DNA from: Macrostomum lignano
Taxonomy: Eukaryota
Direction: 5' to 3'
DNA length: 60,313 nt
Assembly: GCA_002269645.1 (NCBI GenBank)
Contig: NIVC01001910.1
Coordinates: forward strand, 1 to 60,313
Position numbers and translations under genes: made by a program
Notes under the pieces: generated by a model
The model's database searches: none
Told to the model about the DNA's origin: nothing
The model's input: only the letters and a program-made list of their open reading frames with translations
Part shown: piece by piece, positions 25,501-47,156 of the stretch
Layout: each line of letters starts with the position of its first letter
Position numbering within the stretch: the stretch's first letter is position 1

Positions 25501-28016
25501 TGTGAGCTGGACTGGGTCATTGTGAGCTGGACTGGGTCATTTTGAACTGGACTGGGTCATTGTGAGCTGGACTGGGTCATTGTGAGCTGGACTGGGTCAT
25601 TTTGAACTGGACTGGGTCATTGTGAGCTGGACTGGGTCATTGTGAGCTGGACTTGGTCATTATGAGCTGCACTTGGTCATTATGAGCTGCACTTGGTCAT
25701 TGTAAGCTGGACTGGGTCATTGCGAGCTGGACTGGGTGATTGTGAGCTGCACTTGGTCATTGTGAGCTGGACTTGGTCATTGTGAGCTGGACTTGGTCAT
25801 TACAAGCTAAATAAACCATACATTAACAGCCCTGCTATCTGCACAATCCAATTTAAACCCAACCTTCCAGGTGAAGCAGGTGGCTACAATAACTCCCAAG
25901 TTCAATGGCGAGGGCATGCCTGGCAGGATGCACATCTACAACCAGCGCCAGCTAATCCTTACCTCAGACGCTTCCAGGCACCGAGTCACCGTGTTCAACC
26001 TGGAGGGTCGCACTGTGACCAGCTTCGGCGAGAAAGGCTCAGAACCTCGCCAGTTTCACAGTCCTCTCGGCCTCAGCGCATTTGGCGGTCAAATGTTCGT
26101 TGTGGATGCCAAGAATTTGAGGGTGCAGGTGAGTTGTGAATTAGTGCGCCTGCCCGAATCTTGTCTTCTACTCTGGCAGCATTGAAGTTAAGAATAACTA
26201 GAATATCTCTATATCTAAATCTAAATATCTCTATATCTCTATATCTAAATATCTATATCTATATCTAAATCTATATCTAATCTATATCTAATCTATATCT
26301 ATCTATATCTATCTATCTATATCTATATCTATATCTATCTATATCTATATCTATATCTATATCTATATCTATATCTATATCTATCTATATCTATATCTAT
26401 AATCTATAATCTATAATCTAATCTAATCTATATCTATATCTAATCTATATCTAATCTATATCTATATCTAATATCTATATCTAAATATCTCTATAATGTT
26501 CATTTCCAGCCTCTCCTTCTCTCCCCTTCTCTCCCCTTCTCTCCCCTTCTCTTCCTTCTCTTCCTTCTCTCCCCTTCTCTCCCCTTCTCTTCCTTCTCTC
26601 CCCTTCTCTCCCCTTCTCTTCCTTCTCTCCCCTTCTCTCCCCTTCTCTCACCTTCTCTCCTTCTCTCTCCTTCTCTTTCCTTCTCTCCCCTTCTCTCCCC
26701 TTCTCTCCCCTTCTCTCCCCTTCTCTCCCTTCTCTCCCTTTCTCTCACTTTCTCTCCCCTTCTCTCCCTTCTCTCCCCTTCTCTTTCCTTCTCTCACTTT
26801 CTCTCCCCTTCTCTCCCTTCTCTCCCCTTCTCTCCTCTTCTATCCCCTTCTCTCTCCTTCTCTCCTCTTCTCTCCGCTTCTCTCCCCTTCTCTCTCCTTT
26901 CTTTCCCCATCTCTCCTCTTCTCTCCCCTTCCTCTCACCTACTCTCCCCTTCTCTCCCCTTCTCTTTCCTTCTCTCCCCTTCTCTCCCCTTCTCTCCCCT
27001 CCTCTCCCCTTCTCTCCCCTTCTCTCCCCTTCTCTCCCCTCCTCTCCCCTTCTCTCCCCTGAAGTCAGGGTTGCTGTACTTGTACACCCTGTTTGAGCGT
27101 GTATATAGTATTGGCTCAGAACCTCGCCAGTTTCACAGTCCTCTCGGCCTCAGCGCATTTGGCGGTCAAATGTTCGTTGTGGATGCCAAGAATTTGAGGG
27201 TGCAGGTGAGTTGTGAATTAGTGCGCCTGCCCGAATCTTTTCTTCTACTCTGGCAGCATTGAAGTTAAGAATAACTAGAATTTAAATCTAAATATCTCTA
27301 TAATGTTCATTTCCAGCCTCTCTCCCCTTCTCTCTCCTTCTCTCCCCTTCTCTTCCTTCTCTCCCCTTCTCTCCCCTTCTCTCCCCTTCTCTCCCCTTCT
27401 CTTCCTTCTCTCCCCTTCTCTCCCCTCCTCTCCCCTTCTCTCCCCTGAAGTCCGGGTTGCTGTACTTGTACACCCTGTTTGAGCGTGTATATAGTATTGG
27501 CTCAGGAAGTTGTGTGAGCGTTGCAAACCGCAGGTATTCGACATGGACAATGACTACAGCTGCTTGGCATTGATCAAACACGATGGATTTTCCAATGGAC
27601 TGCAGTCAGTCCTTGCCACCGACAGTTCCGTATTCGTAGTTGATCGCGAAAATTCGAAGATGTTCGTCTTCAACAAAGCCAACAGGCAGTCGGTGGCGCC
27701 GCCATTGAAACTCGAATGCCAACCGTTCGATGTGGTGGCAGATGACCATGGCAACGCATTGGTGACGCTCGTCCGAGAGGCCAAAGTGCTGGCAGTGAAC
27801 AGGTGCGGAACAAAGCTGAAGACATTCGAATTCAAGGAGACAGCCGAAGGCAGGCAGCAGATGCCGGACGACTTTCCGATGATGATGATGATGCCGATGC
27901 TCATGGCGAATGGCTGCCCGCCCAGGATGTTCCACGGGTTGGCGTTTGAGTCGGGCAGCAGACGGCTGTACATTGCGGACTTGATGCGGAGCTGCGTTGT
28001 GGTGGCGCAGCTCTGA
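22568..28016 (+). CDS. TRIM-NHL protein (RING, B-box-like, coiled coil, NHL propeller), ~630 aa. Exons 22568-22903, 23356-24171, 25871-26128, 27534-28016.
   Basis: CPVC..CRHTFCKKC..CPIC RING; C/H cluster CPCCDKRFCQSHH; NHL repeats (FGEKGSEPRQFHSPLGL, MFVVDAKNLRVQVFD, LYIAD). All three introns are GT-AG phase 0. Confidence 0.9.
22920..23325. repeat. Degenerate gagtagattt/gagtaggtt repeat in TRIM intron 1
   Basis: Directly visible. Confidence 0.85.
24186..25800. repeat. 20-bp minisatellite (tgtgagctggactgggtcat) filling TRIM intron 2
   Basis: Directly visible. Confidence 0.98.
26200..27060. repeat. (CTATAT)-type and (ttctctcccc)-type simple repeats in TRIM intron 3
   Basis: Directly visible. 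Confidence 0.95.
27113..27505 (+). repeat. Tandem duplicate of 26036-27119 (3' half of TRIM exon 3, its donor and intron) with contracted simple repeats
   Basis: ggctcagaacctcgccag...gtgcaggtgagttg recurs. GGCTCAG is present at all three junctions (26036, 27113, 27499). Confidence 0.92.
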
Positions 28017-28223
28017 CGGCACTGACTGGCTGCGGTCACACATCTGTGCACTGCTTACGCCAAATTTTTGCTGAAATTTTCATTTTGCAAGTTGTACAAC
28101 CGGATCAGTTTATTTAATGTATCCACCGCTTATTAGCTGTGTGCTCTCGTGTAGCTTGCATTGCAGGCTGGCTGTCTGGCTCAGGAACCACCGGGGCGCG
28201 AAACCAGCTAGTCGGCTCTGCTG

Positions 28224-28265
28224 ACAGACAGACAGACAGACACAGACAGACAGACAGACAGACAC

Positions 28266-28356
<91 letters not shown>

Positions 28357-28412
28357 CACAGACAGACAGACAGATAGACAGACAGACACTCTGACAGACA
28401 GACAGACAGTCT

Positions 28413-28468
<56 letters not shown>

Positions 28469-28477
28469 CACAGACAC

Positions 28478-28528
<51 letters not shown>

Positions 28529-28560
28529 CAGACAGACAGACAGACAGACTGACTGACATA
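28224..28560. repeat. (GACA)n microsatellite
   Basis: Directly visible. Confidence 0.98.
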
Positions 28561-29314
28561 TAGGGGGAAGGCAGACAGACAGGCAGACAGTCAGGCAGGC
28601 CGGCAGACAGACAAGCAGACGGGCTGTAAGCTTGGAAAATAATGACAAATGCTATAAATTTTCCTGATTTTCGGAAGCTTTCAAACCTAACGCTAAGTAG
28701 CTTTTCAAAAATTTTGTCGGCAGTTAAGATTTTTACGATGGGTGTATGAAAAGTAAATACGAGTAAATTTCGTTTTAAACTTTTGTCTGAATTAACTTAT
28801 GTACTTTATATTTTCATCGGATAGTTTTACACGTATTGACAACTAAACCAAATTTTGAGCTTCATCTAACAGACTTCTTGAATTTTTCGGGTCTTTATTC
28901 GTGAGTTTTTATTGTTGGTACTTTTTATTAAATAATCTTTGTGTTTTTTTGTTTAGATTTGACACTTTTCAACTGTTCAGAAAGCGGCTGAAAATATCAC
29001 GTGAAATTGTGACAAATTTGCACTCTAAAAACATTTCATTTACTGTATCAGGTAATTAATTACCTATCGCTTGTTGAACAGTTATTAAATATTCTGATTC
29101 AACATTAAAGCCACTGTTTTATCCAGATAATATTAAGTTTTTGTTTTAATGAGCCCAAGCGTTTTATCTTATTCAATTAAACTTTTTTTAAAAGGACAAA
29201 ACTCCGTTTTGCTGTGAATACTCGACTCCCTGCTTAGAATGACGTACGCTCGAACAAGGGGAACTTCGCATGCCAAGCAGGCCAAAATATGCCCCGTTAT
29301 AAGGTACTAAACTG

Positions 29315-30330
29315 TGGGTGTGGCGCCGATTGTATCTGTGGGTTGTGGCGCCAATTGTATCTGTGGGTTGTGGCGCCGATTATATCTGTGGGTTGTGGCG
29401 CCGATTGTGTCTGTGGGTTGTGGCGCCGATGGTATTTGTGGGTTGTGGCGCCGATTGTGTCTGTGGGTTGTGGCGCCGATGGTATTTGTGGGTGTGGCGC
29501 CGATTGTGTCTGTGGGTTGTGGCGCCGATGGTATTTGTGGGTGTGGCGCCGATTGTATCTGTGGGTTGTGGCGCCGATTGTATTTGTGGGTTGTGGCGCC
29601 GATTGTATCTGTGGGTTGTGGCGCCGATTGTATCTGTGGGTTGTGGCGCCGATTGTATCTGTGGGTTGTGGCGCCGATGGTATTTGTGGGTTTTGGCGCC
29701 GATTGTGTTTGCGGGTTGTGGCGCCGATTGTATCTGTGGGTTGTGGCGCCGATTGTATCTGTGGGTTGTGGCGCCGATTGTATCTGTGGGTTGTGGCGCC
29801 GATTGTATCTGTGGGTTGTGGCGCCGATTGTATCTGTGGGTTTTGGCGCCGATTGTATCTGTAGGTTGTGGCGCCGATTGTATCTGTAGGTTGTGGCGCC
29901 GATTGTATCTGTGGGTTGTAGCGCCGATTGTATCTGTGGGTTGTGGCGCCAATTGTATCTGTGGGTTGTGGCGCCAATTGTATCTGTGGGTTGTGGCGCC
30001 GATGGTATTTGTGGGTTGTGGCGCCGATGGTATTTGCGGGTTGTGGCGCCGATTGTATCTGTGGGTTGTGTCGCCGATTGTGTCTGTGGGTTGTGGCGCC
30101 GATGGTATTTGTGGGTTGTGGCGCCGATTGTGTTTGCGGGTTGTGGCGCCGATTGCATTTTTGGGTTGTGGCGCTGATTGTGCTTGGGTTGTGGCGTCGA
30201 TTGTGTTTTTGGGTTGTGGCGCCGATTATGTTTTTTAGGTTGTGTGGCGCCGATTGTATTTGTAGGTTGTGGCGCCGATTGTATTTGTAGGTTGTGGCGC
30301 CAATTGTGTTAGCGGGTTTTGGCGCCGATT
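29315..30330. repeat. 25-bp minisatellite (tgtggcgccgattgtatctgtgggt)
   Basis: Directly visible. Confidence 0.97.
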
Positions 30331-30857
30331 TCAATGCCACACATTAGAGAAAGAAAAAACTCTGGCTTAAAAGATTTTTTGATCTACTTATAGTAGCTAA
30401 AGAGCGCCAAAGTCAATAATAGCTGGCCTTACTGCAAGCCGACTACTCGTATGTTGTCCTCTTAATCATTGTTTTACTTAGTCGAGTCTGACGACTTTTT
30501 AGGGTGCTGGAGTTCCTATCAGTTAATTGCTGTAATATTGAGGAGTCTTGTAGCAAATTGCAGGCTTCTCAACAGCCTCTGTTACAGTTTTCACCTGTGT
30601 TCTCAGTTGTGCTTTCAAGAAACATTCATAACTTTGTTTGTACAGCGCATCTTAATGCTGGAACAGGATTAAAACAAAAACGGTATAACAAAACTTATTT
30701 TGAATGAAAAATTTTATTTGAATTTTGTTCCTGTTTATCACGATAGTCTCAACAAATTACTGATAGTAGAAATTCTCGTGCAATGCTTTCTCTGATTGTA
30801 TTATAAAATTATTAAAAAAATGAGCCTTTGTGCTCAGTTTCTACTTTTAGCATGTGT

Positions 30858-31230
30858 TTAGAATGTGCTCGATGTCTTCTTTAGAATGTGCTCAATGTCT
30901 ACCTTAGAGAATGTGCTCAATGTCTACCTTAGAGAATGTGCTCAATGTCTACCTTAGAATATGCTTGATGTCTACTTTAGAGAATGTGCTCAATGTCTAC
31001 CTTAGAGAATGTGCTCAATGTCTACCTTAGAATATGCTTGATGTCTACTTTAGAGAATGTGCTCAATGTCTACCTTGAATGTGCTCGATGTCTACCTTAG
31101 AGAATGTGCTCAATGTCTACCTTAGAGAATGTGCTCAATGTCTACCTTAGAGAATGTGCTCAATGTCTACCTTAGAGAATGTGTTCAGTGTCTACCTTAG
31201 AGAATGTGTTCAATGTCTACCTTAGAATGT
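30858..31230. repeat. 25-bp minisatellite (gaatgtgctcaatgtctaccttaga)
   Basis: Directly visible. Confidence 0.95.
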
Positions 31231-31714
31231 GCTCACGGTGTGCTCAAATTTCCCTCTATCAGACTCTGTTACCCCACAGTGTGTGAGCAGGATCTGACGG
31301 ATGAGGTGTCTTCAAGTACGCTCGTACTTCCAATATTTGCTTGTAAAGAAGAACTCCAAACACAACTGTAAGCGCATTAAAGCTGACAACAAAGGCCTGA
31401 GGCTAGAGATTTAAGAATTCTTAAAATCATATTTTTTCGAAAAACAGCAGCAAGATCTCTTGGCCATGTCCTCACATATCCGTTATCTCCTTTATTTCAT
31501 TGCTTCCGATTAGTTTGTTTTCAAAGGCCTTATTCAGAGGGAGGAGCAACGTTCTTCACTGCTCATTTAAGCAGCTTAAGAAATTTACATTTTTAACTCT
31601 GACTTGAATTGTTATAAAGGGGGGCATTTGTAATCCTCTTTTCAGTGAAGCTCAAGATTTCACACTGCTGTGCACTTTTAAACTGTTCACAAATTTCACC
31701 CTTCGCCCTTCCTG

Positions 31715-32150
31715 GGATCCCATCCTGAGATCCCATCCTGAGCTCCCATCCTGAGATCCCATCCTGAGATCTCATCCTGAGATCCTATCCATCCTGAGCT
31801 CCCATCTTGAGATACCATCCTGAGATCCCATCCTGAGATCCCATCCTGAGATCCCATCCTGATATCCCATCCTGAGATCCCATCCTGAGATCTCATCCTG
31901 AGATCTTGTCCTGAGATCCCATCCTGATATCCCATCCTTAGATCTCATCCTGAGACCCTATCCTGAGATTCTAGAATTAGATTTCATCCTGAGATCCCAT
32001 CATGAGATCTCACCCTGAGATCCCATCCTTAGATCTCATCCTGAGACCCTATCCTGAGATTCTAGAATGAGATTCCATAATGAGACCCCATCCTGAGACC
32101 CTATCCTGAGATTCTAGAATGAGATTCCATAATGAGACCCCTTCCTGAGG
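31715..32150. repeat. 13-bp minisatellite (gagatcccatcct)
   Basis: Directly visible. Confidence 0.93.
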
Positions 32151-33153
32151 CTATAATCTGAGATGCCCCAGCAGAAAATCCAGGGGGCGAACAAGTCTGT
32201 CTCACTAATAACTATAACTACCCGAATAACAATATCATGCCCCACTGGCCCTGAACTTGCAGACAACGCGTGTTGCATTGCGCCTCATCAGGAGCTCGGA
32301 AACTCGCCCAGCCTCCGGCACAGTCAGCCTGCTTCCTTCCCCTTGTGCCGCGGTCATTATCACTGACCCGCTGCGCCGCATGGCCTGAGACAGCTCGCAC
32401 AAATATGACGGCGAGAGCTCAGCCGAGCTCTCAGCTTAACTTCGGATTGCGTGCCAGGCTGGGAAAGAGGGAAATAGGGGAGAGAGGAGGAGACGGGGAG
32501 GAGGGGGGAGACAGCGCAGTGGGTGGCCTCGCTAATGCGTGTGTTTTCTCTCTAACCGACCCCTTCAACGACTGCCACTCCCCCCCCCCGAGAGCTAGAG
32601 AGAGAGCTTCCCGGATAAGAAGATGGTACGTGGGGGCGCGGGTGACGACGGCTAGATGGCTTCCCAGAAATCCCCAAAAACCACCTATAGCTTTAGTGTC
32701 TATCTGCCTGCCTCTCGCTTTTTCACTCCCTCTTGGCCCTGAGCAGAAGAAGCTTCTCAATCAAGAAAGAAAAAAATCAGCGCTGAGGAAGAGAAGAGAG
32801 AGAGAGGGAGGGTGGGACGGTCGACTGTGGAAGGGCGGTTTGTGGAACGAAAGAGTGGTGAGACGTGAGCTGTTCGACATCCTCCGGCGGCGCCCGCCAC
32901 CTCCCGCCGGCGGGGGGGGGGCGGGGTTGGCTGAGGCTGACGTGCTGAAGCCTGAAGCTGCCGGCGCTTCCTATTTGGAGTGATTAAAAGAGCGCGCGGC
33001 CAAGGCTGACAGAATGCAGTGATTTCATGTTTTTGTTTCAGTTATTAAAAAAGTCAGTCTGCTACTCGTAATCTCTCGAGAAAAGCCCGTAGTGCGCAAG
33101 GCTTTACCAAACCGACTCCTTTTTCAAGCCAGCAGACAGACAGCGGGTCAGTC

Positions 33154-42504
<9,351 letters not shown>

Positions 42505-43402
42505 GGTAATTAGGGGTATTATAGAACAGTATAGCTGGGACCGATTCGCATTATCAGGAAATGAACTAGCGCGCAACTGTACGCAGGCAAGCACTCAAAC
42601 ACACGCTCACACAAGGTGTACAGCCGCCCCTGACTTTCTGATGGTCAGGCATGTGCACTGTCTGTGCTTTGGGGGTTGCCACCGACCTCAATTAAATTTA
42701 CAAACCGAAAACACGCACTCAATGTCAGAGTATAGTATAATAAAATGTTTAATAACTGCAATTATAACTTGATAACCAACATGTTTCCCTGGTTTCTTGT
42801 TTCCTCATGCATAAATACGTTTGTGCACACCGATGAATATACACTGCGTTGGTACATTTGACATGTATAGTGAATAATTTATGTTTTATTATGCAATATT
42901 TTTAATTTTAATAGTTGAGTTCGTTAGTTAAGTTAAGTATGTATCTTTCGATCATAGCTAGTGACTTCATACTGTAACCGTAATCTTCATACTTACTGCG
43001 GAAAAAGCTATCGTTTGGAACAAAAGTTAATCTAAAGTTTTCAAGCCTTTTACCTTTTTAATAGTGGCTCTTTAGGCAGAAAAATGCACCAATGTTTTTT
43101 TATATTTTTATAACAATTGATATTTTTATCGCAAGTTTAAAATCTCCCGGGCTTCGGCCCAGCTACTCTACTGTACTTTTCAATAGGGTACTTGTTCCAA
43201 CTGGACTATTTTAAAGCTGTAAAATGGATTGAAATTATGTTATATATATACTGATATGATATATCTACCAGGTGACTCAAAATAAACAATATAATATAGT
43301 GTAGATATAGCTAATGTTAGTCATCACTGCAGTATGTATTGTAACTTGCCTATGCAATGTTCATTCCCTCCATATATTAATTTACAAATATCTACTTATT
43401 TA

Positions 43403-43556
43403 GGCACTCATTGTCGCGCCGCAGACACTCATTGTGGCGCAGCAGACACTCATTGTGGCGCCGCAGACACTCATTGTGGCGCCGCAGGCACTCATTGTGG
43501 CGCCGCAGGCACTCATTTTGGCGCCGCAGGCACTCATTGTGGCGCCGCAGGCACTC
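43403..43556. repeat. 21-bp minisatellite (ggcgccgcagacactcattgt), same family as 56750-57370
   Basis: Directly visible. Confidence 0.9.
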
Positions 43557-43862
43557 TTTTTTTCACCGCAGGCGCTATATTTTGTCGCCCTGAAGCAAAA
43601 TTATTGACTTCCATAAATGGTCACAATGTTAGATGATGGGGGCATTGGCATGTCCCCCACCATAGCTTTTACTGGGGGGGGGGGGTCATGTCCCACTTGC
43701 CCCCCCAATGGCGACGAGTAAAAACGATACTCGTTACGATTCAGTTTTTAATAGTTACCATTCATTTTCACATCTTCACCGCACATCTTCTATAGCTTTA
43801 TGAATACGAGCTAGCATTCCACTCCAGCTCAAATGCAGATCAAAATGGCAGGTCCAAGAGCA

Positions 43863-46854
43863 GGGTACCTCTCATTTCGCTGATTCTCGTTTCGCCGAAT
43901 CTCATTTCGCCGATTCTCGGTTCGCCGACATTCTCATTTCGCCGATTCTCGTTTCGCCGATTCTCGTTTCGCCGAATCTCATTTCGCCGATTCTCGGTTC
44001 GCCGACATTCTCATTTCGCCGATTCTCATTTCGCCGACATTCTCATTTCGCCGATTCTCATTTCGCCGACATTCTCATTTCGCCGATTCTCGTTTCGCCG
44101 ACATTCTCATTTCGCCGATTCTCGTTTCGCCGACATTCTCATTTCGCCGATTCTCGGTTCGCCGAAATTAGTTTCATAACCATCTGGACATTAGACCATA
44201 GACAACTACACTAATGCAAGTGTGATTTAGATGTCTATGGCTTGAAAAATAAAGTTAAAATTAGGAATTCTTCCTTCTGTATAGTCTATGGTAATCCTTC
44301 TGCATAGTCTATGGTAAAAAGTCTATAGCCAGTGGTATATATGTATGGTAGGAGGTTGAGGAATAACATCCAACTTTCAAGCAAACGCACCATGGCTCAA
44401 GCAGCACTACAATTAGCTACTTTTTGTCCCAAGTTCGCGTGGAGGGCAGCTGCTTCACATTATGGGATATTTGTACCGGCTCGATAAGAAGACTGAAGCA
44501 AAAGCATTTTACAAGTGTCGCCGCGAAGGTTGCAATGCCAGGGCCATCGTCGAGGGTGGATATGTGTCGCACACGAGTGGAGAGCATCGTCATGCAATTG
44601 ATGAAACTGAAGCCCAGAGGATGAAGTTTGTGCAGCATATCAAGAACGAGTGTACCAACAACAACGCTCCAATGCCTCAAGTATACCGGCAGGCCATTGC
44701 TATGGACGCCTTTCAAACAAACCCGGCAACATTGCCGACATTCGGTAGTATCAAGGATGCAGCATACCGTGCTTGGCACAAAAACTTGCCCCCTCTTCCT
44801 GCCACTCGAGCTGATTATATCGTTGATCCAGAGACTCAACAAACTCTGCGGGTTTTCGACATCAATGGAGGCACACCGAATCGCATCGTTGGGTTTTCAT
44901 CGAACCAGCTGATCCGCGCACTCGCAGAAACTGATCGCCTTCAAATCGACTTTCAATTGTGTTCCGAATATACTTGAGATGCTGACAATTATCCATGGCA
45001 AGGTGCTTGGAGCGTGGGAACCCCTGGCTTTTTTCTCATGCCCAACAAGCAGCAAGTCACCTACGAAGCAATGTGGCACTACTTGCATGATGCCTGCAGA
45101 CAACTGACTGGCCACTACCCAATGTGCAACCACTTCTTGGCCGATTTTGAGCTCGCCAGTATTTCAGCCATATCAGGACGATGGCCAGTTCACCCGCCAC
45201 CGACAATCAAAGGCTGTCTCTTTCACTTCAACCAAGCTGTCTTGCGAAACACTCAGCGTCTTGGACTGCAGATAGCTTACCAGCAAGATCCAGATGTTCA
45301 GAAAATGGTTCGCAGACTGATGGCGCTTCCGTTGGTTCAACTTGATCACCTGGATGAGGCCTTCACTGATGTGATTATGGCCGACATGCCTGAACCCGGG
45401 CATGCTGCTCATCAAAACTGCCATGCGTTGTTAGACTACTTCCTGACCACTTGGTTGCAGCCAAACGCTCGCTATAACCGATAAATGTGGAACCATTTTA
45501 ATGAAGATGCAGACAGAACTATCAATGCCGCGGAGAGCCGACACCATGCGCTAAATTCAATAAGTCGCAACCATCGGCTCAATGTCCACGAATTCGTCAA
45601 GGAGCTGCGAGTTGAAATTGTCGATGCAGAGACGCGCATTCAGCAGCGAGCCGCGGGGACTGTACCACCGCAGCCGAGGCTCCGAACCCTGCAACTAGCG
45701 AATGCTCTAGCGACCTTCAAAGGGCAGTTTCTCAACGGCCAAAGAAATCTACGGGACTACGTGGATGCTTGCAGCTACACTTTGCACGACGCGGTTGTCT
45801 GAGTTTCAATTGAACTGAACTCGTAACGATATTAACAGTTTAAATTTTGTTGAAATGTCTGCTTCTGTGGTCTGTTATTCGACTTCTTACTGTTTGTGTT
45901 AGGTCCAGTATGAATGAAAAATAGAAATAAAATTGATTGCGAATGTGAAATACAAAAATGCCGATTGAAATCGTTTCTGGTGGCTTTTCTGGTGAAATAA
46001 ATAAGTGGTTTTATTGCATTTGACTTCTGAATTGAATATGAGTTAAAACTACGCTCGTAATGCTGGTAAGCTAACGAAATTAAGCTGCAAAGAGGCTATG
46101 GTAGGTAACTACTCGCGCAATATATAGCTCGTATATTACCAATACAATACTTTATTTTCCAAGCCATAGACATCTAAATCACACTTGCATTAGTGTAGTT
46201 GTCTATGGTCTAATGTCCAGATGGTTATGAAACTAATTTCGGCGAAACGAGAATCGGCGAAATGAGAATGTCAGCGAAACGAGAATCGGCGAAATGAGAA
46301 TGTCGGCGAAACGAGAATCGGCGAAATGAGAATGTCGGCGAAACGAGAATCGGCGAAATGAGAATGTCGGCGAAACGAGAATCGGCGAAATGAGAATGTC
46401 GGCGAACCGAGAATCGGCGAAATGAGATTCGGCGAAACGAGAATCGGCGAAATGAGAATCGGCGAAATGAGAATCGGCGAAACGAGAATCGGCGAAACGA
46501 GAATCGGCGAAACGAGAATCGGCGAAACGAGAATCGGCGAAACGAGAATCGGCGAAACGAGAATCGGCGAAACGAGAATCGGCGAAACGAGAATCGGCGA
46601 AATGAGAATCGGCGAACCGAGAATCGGCGAAACGAGAATCGGCGAAACGAGAATCGGCGAAACGAGAATCGGCGAAACGAGAATCGGCGAAACGAGAATC
46701 GGCGAAACGAGAATCGGCGAAATGAGAATCGGCGAAACGAGAATCGGCGAAACGAGAATCGGCGAAACGAGAATCGGCGAAACGAGAATCGGCGAAATGA
46801 GAATCGGCGAAACGAGAATCGGCGAAACGAGAATCGGCGAAATGAGATGTACCC
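43863..46854 (+). mobile_element. Foldback-type Mutator (MULE) DNA transposon with tandem-repeat TIRs
   Basis: Ends gggtacctctcatttcg / cgaaatgagatgtaccc. 15/17-bp inverted arrays (43870-44165; 46245-46848) plus a ~90-bp unique inverted segment. Flanks ccaagagca / ccaagcaagagca (imperfect 9-bp TSD). Confidence 0.88.
44392..45802 (+). pseudogene. Disrupted FLYWCH-type + MULE transposase
   Basis: GYLY...FYKC...C.A...EHRH; damaged DGTF motif; DFELA; KGCLFHFNQAV; YF..TW; RTIN..ESRH. Frameshifts near 44420, 44950 and 45030, and a TAA at 45482-45484. Confidence 0.88.
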
Positions 46855-47156
46855 CCAAGCAAGAGCATCTTAAGAACAGTCTACTTGAGAAGTCCTTGGA
46901 CAGGTCATTTAGTACAGGCCATCCTGCGCCCTCTGTTAATTCGAGAACCGTTGTCGCTGGAAGCTTATGAAAACCTGAAGAGCTCACGTTCTCTCATGCT
47001 ACTCTTAGTAATATCGTCACCCACAGCCATGGTTACAGCAGGTTCCCAGCAAACACTCTAGCTCAAAGCTCAAACACCCAAAAAAACAAAAAACGGAGCC
47101 AAGAGTGAGTGAAGCATCAGAGTAGTCAAGGCGACAGGCACTGCTCATGGTTGTGC

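Noticed and set aside
29289-30340. Cys/Trp-rich ORFs; similarly the 42-bp (33.7 kb), 48-bp (40.3 kb) and Cys/Gly/Gln (41.6 kb) ORFs
   Set aside because: Satellite translations, mostly intronic; open in several frames.
32270-32983. 237-aa ORF upstream of RGS
   Set aside because: GC/GA-rich promoter-like sequence with no domain; more likely the RGS 5' regulatory region.
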